Shown here piece after piece: positions 58,282-64,000 of a stretch of DNA of 64,000 nucleotides. Positions within the stretch are counted from its first letter, which is position 1. Each line of letters opens with the position of its first letter. The notes beneath the pieces are model-generated. The model saw nothing but the letters and a program-made list of their open reading frames with translations. It was not told the DNA's origin and did not search any database. This DNA comes from the human T2T-CHM13v2.0 reference genome, Homo sapiens, in assembly GCF_009914755.1 (NCBI RefSeq), contig NC_060927.1. One strand, written 5' to 3'. The translations under genes were made by a program, and so were the position numbers.

Positions 58282-58380
58282 TCTCTCCTTTTCCCTCCTT
58301 CCGTCATTCCTTCCATCCTTCTGTCCGTCCATCCGTCCTCCCTCCCTCCCTCCTTCTCTTCTTCCCTCTTTCCTTCCTTC
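58282..58380. repeat. (TTCC/TCCG/TCCC)n pyrimidine microsatellite at an Alu tail
   Basis: direct reading. Confidence 0.85.
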
Positions 58381-58659
58381 TTTTTTTGTTTTTGAGGCAG
58401 GGTCTTGCTCTGTCACCCTGGCTGGAGAGCAGTGGTATGATCGACCTCCCAGGCTCAAGCAATCCTCCCACCTCAGTTTCCCAAATAGAGTAGCTGGGAC
58501 TATAGGCACACACCACCACACCCTGCTAACTTTTGTGTTTTTGTAGAAACAGGGTCTCCCCAGGTTGCTCAGGCTTGTCTCGAACTCCTGGACTCAAGCA
58601 ATCTCCCCACCTCAGCCTCCCAAAGCTGGGATTACAATTGTGAGCCATCGCACCTGGCC
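58381..58659 (-). mobile_element. Alu (AluJ-like, small internal deletion) inside L1
   Basis: gaggcagggtcttgctctgtcacc...ggctcaagcaatcctcccacctcag. Confidence 0.9.
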
Positions 58660-61390
58660 TCTCTTTTTCTTACTAGTTAGTGGTCTAGAAATCTTATTTA
58701 TTCTTTCAAAGAATTATCTTTTGGTTTCATTAGTCTTTTATCTGGTTTTTCTTGTCTCAATTGTATTCAGTTCAACTCTGATTTTGGTTGTTTCTTCTCT
58801 AGCTTTGGGGTTGGTTGGCTCTTGTTTTTCTAGTTCCTCTAAGTGTGATGTTAGATTGTTAATTTGAGATCTTTCTAACTTTTCGATGTGGGCATTTAGC
58901 ACTATAAACTTACCTCTTAACACTGCTTTAGCTGTGTCCCAGAGATTCTGGTATGCTGTATCTTTGTTTTCATTGGTTTCAAAGAATTTCTTGATTTCTG
59001 CATTAATTTCATTGTTTTTACCCAAAAGTCATCCAGTAGGGTTGTTTAATTTTCATTTAATTGCATGGTTTTGAGAGATCTTCTTAGTACTGATTTCTGT
59101 TTTTTTAATGGTGTGGTCTGGGAATGTGGTTGGTATGATTTTCATTTTTTTAAATTTGTTGAGTATTGTTTTATAGCCAGTCATGTGGTTGATTTTAGAG
59201 TATGTGCCAGGTGGAGATGGGAAGAATGCATATTCTGTTATTATTGGGTGGAATGTTCTGCAGATGTCACTTAGATCCATTTGGTCAGGTGTCACATTCA
59301 GGTCCTGAGTATCTTTGCTAGTTTTCTGCCTCGATAATCTGTCTGATACTGTTAGTGGAGTATTGAAGTCTCCCACTATTATTGTGTGATTATCTAAGTC
59401 TCGTCATAGGTTTCTAAGAACTTGTATTATATATCTGGTGCTCCATTGTTGGGTGCATATGTATTAGGATACTTAAGTCTTCTTGTTGAATTGAGCCCTT
59501 TATCATTATTTAATACCTTTATTTGTCTTTTTTGTTCATTGTTGTTTTAAAGTCTCTTTTGTCTGAAATTAGAATAGCAACCCCTGCTCTTTTTTGTTTT
59601 TTTGTTTGCTTGGTAGATTTTTCTCCATCCATTTTCTTTGAGTCTATGGGTATCATTGCATGTAAGATGGATCTCTTGGAAGACAGCATACTATTGAGTC
59701 TTGCTTCTTTATCCAGCTTACCACTCTGTGCCTTTTAAGGGCAGCATTTAGCCTGTTTATGTTCAAGGATACTATTGTTATGTGCAGATTTGATCCTGTC
59801 ATCATGTGTTTAGTTGGTTGTTGTGCAGACTTCATTGTAGTTGCTTTATGGCGTCAGTGGTCTATGTACTTAAGTGTGTTTTTTGTGGTGGCCAGTAATA
59901 GTCTTTTGTTTCCATGTTTCGCTTGAGGACCTCTTGTAAGACATGTCTGGTGGTAACGAATTTCCTTAGCATTCATTGTCTGAAAATGATTTTATTTCTC
60001 CTTTGCTTATGAGGTTTAGTTTGTTTGGATATGAAGTTTTGGGTTGGAATTTTTTTCTGTAAGAATGCTGAGTATAAGCCCCCAATCCCTTCTGGTTTGT
60101 GTGGTTTCTGCAGAAAAGTCCACTGTTTGCCCAATGGGGTTCCCTTTGTAGGTGACCTGCCCCTTCTTTCTAGCGGCCTTTAGTTTTTTTTTTCATGTTG
60201 ACCTTGGAGATCTGATGACCATGTGTCTCGGTAATGGTCATCTTGTATAATATCTCACAAGGGTTCTCTGCATTTCCTGAGTTTAAATGTCAGCTTCTCA
60301 AGGTCAAGAACCTAGCAAGGTTAGGGAAATTTTTGTGGACAGTATCCTCAAATATGTTTTCCAGGTTGCTTGTCCTCTCTCCCTCTCTTTCAGGAATGCC
60401 AAAGGTTTGGTGTCTTTACATAATCTCATATTTCCTGGAGGTTTTGTTCATTTTTTTTCTTTTTTTCTTTGTTTTTGCCTTTATTTTTTATTTGAAGAAC
60501 TGGTCTTCATTTTTTATTTGAAGAACTGGTCTTTAACCTCTGAGATTCTTTCTTCAGCTTGATCTACTCTGCTGTTAATTCTCCCAATTGTATTACATGA
60601 TTCTTGCAGTGAGTTTTTCAGCTCTAACAGATCAGTTTGGTTCTTTCTTAAAATGGCTATTTCATCTTTCAGCTCTTGTATCATTTTATTAGATTCCTAA
60701 GATTCATTGGATTTGGATTCAACTTTCTCCAGAATCTCAGACATCTTCATTCCTATCCAGATTCTGAATTCTGTATCTGTCATTTCAGCATTTCAGCATG
60801 CTTAAGATCCATTGCTGGGGAACTAGTGGGGTTGTTTGCTGTTAAGAAGAAACTCTGGCTTTTTGAGTTTCCAGAGTTCTTTCTCATCCGTATAAGCTGG
60901 TGTATCTTTAATATTTGAAGTTGCTGTACTTTGGATGGCATTTTTTGCTTTTGTATTCTTTGATGCCTTTGAAGGTTTGACTGTGGTATAATGTGGGGTC
61001 AGTCAACTGTCTTCATTTCTGGAAGATTTCAGGGGGCCAAGGCTCAGCTCAGCACTACTGAGCTGCTTGTTCTAACCCTGAGTGGCTGAGACCAGGCCTA
61101 TGGCTTTGTGCTCTGGCCCCTCAGGCTTATGTACTTGCTGCATTGGAGGAGCTGAAATGTTTCTGGTCAGCTGGTAGCAATGCTCCAGTGGGGGCTGCCA
61201 GCTAAAGCACTTTGTTGAGGCAGTGGCTGCAGAGTCCAGAGTCCATCCTTGTGTGTGTGTGCCAGCAGCAACAGCGGCATGACAGGTGCACATGCTTGTG
61301 CCAGCATGGACAGCAGTGGTGTGGGGTGTGCTGCACACCAGCAGAGGTGGGGTGGCAGCGTCTTCATGGGAGCAGGGCAGCAGTGGGTTC

Positions 61391-61696
<306 letters not shown>

Positions 61697-61729
61697 ATTC
61701 ATTAATAAATATTTTTCCTAAGGTTTAGG

Positions 61730-61920
61730 AAGAACACAGAATTTAGAGTCAGGTAATTGACTGGCTGTGTGATCTTTGAAAAATTACTTAACTTCAGTGA
61801 GCCTCAATTTCATATCTCTAGTGAAGATAATACCTACTGTATAAGGTTATTATGAGATTGAAATGCAAAAATGTAAATGTAAAGCATTTAATAGTGATTA
61901 GCATAATATAAATAAATGAT
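61730..61920 (+). mobile_element. MIR
   Basis: ggctgtgtgatctttgaaaaattacttaacttcagtgagcctcaatttc...ataatacctac. Confidence 0.75.
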
Positions 61921-62525
61921 AGTTTTTTTTTAATCTCTTGACATGGTTGATCATGTTAACTGATACAGTTTTAACTTCTATTTCCTGGTCCGTGATGACT
62001 TAGGAAATACAAGATAATGCTTGATGTAGAAAAAACTTTGGATAACCTTTACTCATTTTTCTTGCTTGACATAGCTAAAGGAAATTGGGTGGGGGACAGC
62101 TAGTGGGGGTGCTTATTTCTTTATGCAGCAATAGTGTTATTTTAAACTTTGTCAGTGATAAATTTTTAATAGAGTAGATAAGAATCTAGCAGGAAGCTCT
62201 TTCCTGGCTTCTTTGAACCTGCCCTCCCCTGAGACACATAAGATTGCAGTTCCGAGGCCTAGACTTACTTAACAGTGGCCTCCTTACGTTTCCCAGGGCT
62301 TCATGATAAAGATGCCTGTTCTAGCTGTGGTTTCTGCTTTGTATTGTCTTTTTTTTTTTTTGCCCCAAATATTTCCATTTTTATTTTTTCTAATGTTTAC
62401 CAACAAATGTATGTGAGAAGTACGTTTCAACCTGTAAAACATCATGCTGATGTTAGTTATTCTTTTGTTTTTCATTGTTTTCTTTGACCACTTTTCTTTT
62501 TCTTTGATTTTCTCTGACATTATAG

Positions 62526-62607
62526 GCCCTTTGGTTTCCGTTATTGGAGGCAATGATGGCCCCTCAGAAGCTGTCCAGTTCAGCCATTCCTCATCTATAC
62601 TCTGAAG
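62526..62607 (+). CDS. VPS8: VPS8 coding exon M (82 nt, phase 0-1): ALWFPLLEAMMAPQKLSSSAIPHLYSE(A)
   Basis: long pyrimidine tract then ttatag acceptor; aag|gtaagt donor. Confidence 0.95.
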
Positions 62608-62971
62608 GTAAGTTCTTCAGAATTCAAGTGACTGAGTCCACCTGTATCATCAGTCCAATATTTGTCTGCAGAAACTATCAGTATAATATCTTTTTCCAAT
62701 AGCATATTCTTATGATTTTTCCTTAATGAAACCATATAGTATGGTTGATCTCATCTTTCATGTTTCTTTCTGATGTTCCACTCATATAATTTATCTTAAG
62801 TAATTGTAGTCTTTGTAACTTGTCAACAGTTAATTTTAAAATATCAAAGAGGCCTTGGTTAGCTAAGTTTCTAAGAAGCTATATAAATGCACTGTTTTTC
62901 CACAGACTTATAGGAAAAACTGAAAACTCTTATTTTAAACTAACCTTAATGTTAATATTTTGTTATAACAG

Positions 62972-63054
62972 CTCTGAAGTCTTTGACCATGCAAGTTTTA
63001 AATAGCATGGCAGCATTTATTGCCCTTCCATCAATCTTGCAAAGAATCTTACAG
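62972..63054 (+). CDS. VPS8: VPS8 coding exon N (83 nt, phase 1-0): (A)LKSLTMQVLNSMAAFIALPSILQRILQ
   Basis: ctaac branch-like motif near 62940; ttataacag acceptor; cag|gtgagt donor. Confidence 0.95.
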
Positions 63055-63862
63055 GTGAGTTAAAAGGGGTGAATATTAAATATTGATTTCAACTAACATT
63101 TTAGTTATATATAAATAACAGTGAATTGGGCTAATATTTAAATGGATCTCAAGCATAATGCAGCTAATTTTTGGCAATAGCTAAATATCTAAATATCTAA
63201 CTTCCGACCCTCATTCTTGAATCTTTTCTGTCAGTTTTTTGGTGTGACTTTGCCTGACATAAGCTTGTGACCTTCAGTTAGGGCGTGCGGCCTTCAGATA
63301 TTCCCTGTTGCCTTGGGATTCAGATATACAAGTTTCCTATTGGTTTGCTAACTGGGAGGGAGTTATCAGCTGATTATAATTTTTAGATTCCAAAAAGATA
63401 ATCTAAAAATTAATACAGGAATTTCCTAAGCATTGGTTGTTATTTAGGCTTTCTAACTCATCCTAAAATTATTTTTGTCTTGAATACTCATCCTTGACTC
63501 TAAATTCTAGCTGGCTTTGTGTCCAAAGCTTTTGTAGGAAGCATTATTTTGGTTTGCTTCTTTCAACAAAAAAGCCTGAACCTTCTCGGCTTCATCAAAA
63601 GAGAACACTCAAAATACTCCAAGATATATTTTTAGAAAAAAACCTGTGAGCATTCTTGGGGAAACAACAGGAATTATACTTAGAATCCATTTTGTCTATC
63701 CTCACTTTATTCAGTATAGGCATACATGTGCATGCACCCCGCCCCCCTCCCACACACATACAAAGCAAACCGTAATATGATGCCATTAGTCTTTATAATT
63801 TTCAAATGATTTTTATTCAATGAAGAATGTTCCTGTCAGCTCTTTTAAGACTCACCAAGCTT

Positions 63863-64000
63863 GGCCGGGCGTGGTGGCTCACGCCTGTAATCCCAGCACT
63901 TTGGGAAGCCGAGGCGGGCGGATCATGAGGTCAGGAGATCGAGACCATCCTGGATAACACGGTGAAACCCCGTCTCTACTAAAAATACAAAAAAATAGCC
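63863..64000 (+). mobile_element. Alu (AluY-like), cut by the window edge
   Basis: ggccgggcgtggtggctcacgcc...gaggtcaggagatcgagaccatcctgg. Confidence 0.95.

Larger units (their letters stand above)
56385..61390 (-). mobile_element. Large L1PA15/16-like element (3' UTR, ORF2 with internal deletion near 57745, ORF1, part of 5' UTR)
   Basis: ORF fragments 59653..59835 (MTGSNLHITIVSLNIN, ORF2 start), 59053..59376 (GDFNTPL endonuclease motif) and 58738..59025; all disrupted. Confidence 0.88.

Noticed and set aside
56385-61390. Active or retrotransposition-competent L1
   Set aside because: Old subfamily with many stops and frameshifts, an ORF2 deletion, an Alu insertion and an incomplete 5' UTR

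Overview
Primate (most likely human) genomic DNA lying entirely inside one + strand protein-coding gene, which I recognise as VPS8 (CORVET tethering-complex subunit). Fourteen consecutive GT-AG coding exons (80..63054; 1203 nt, 401 aa) splice into one uninterrupted frame covering the alpha-solenoid/CHCR-like region upstream of the C-terminal RING. The start and stop codons lie outside the window. The introns are packed with Alu, L1, L2, MIR, MaLR/ERV1/ERVK LTRs and DNA-transposon fossils. None of the supplied ORFs is an independent gene: they are Alu or L1 read-throughs, exon overlaps or chance ORFs. I found no novel biological system. The most notable items are a sense-oriented solo LTR13A with an intact poly(A) signal, two highly similar ERV-internal segments flanking one exon, a triple-nested LTR, an inverted Alu pair only 19 bp apart, several candidate poison or cryptic exons, and small templated or tandem duplications. 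Repeat subfamily names come from my memory of consensus sequences, and old-repeat boundaries are approximate.
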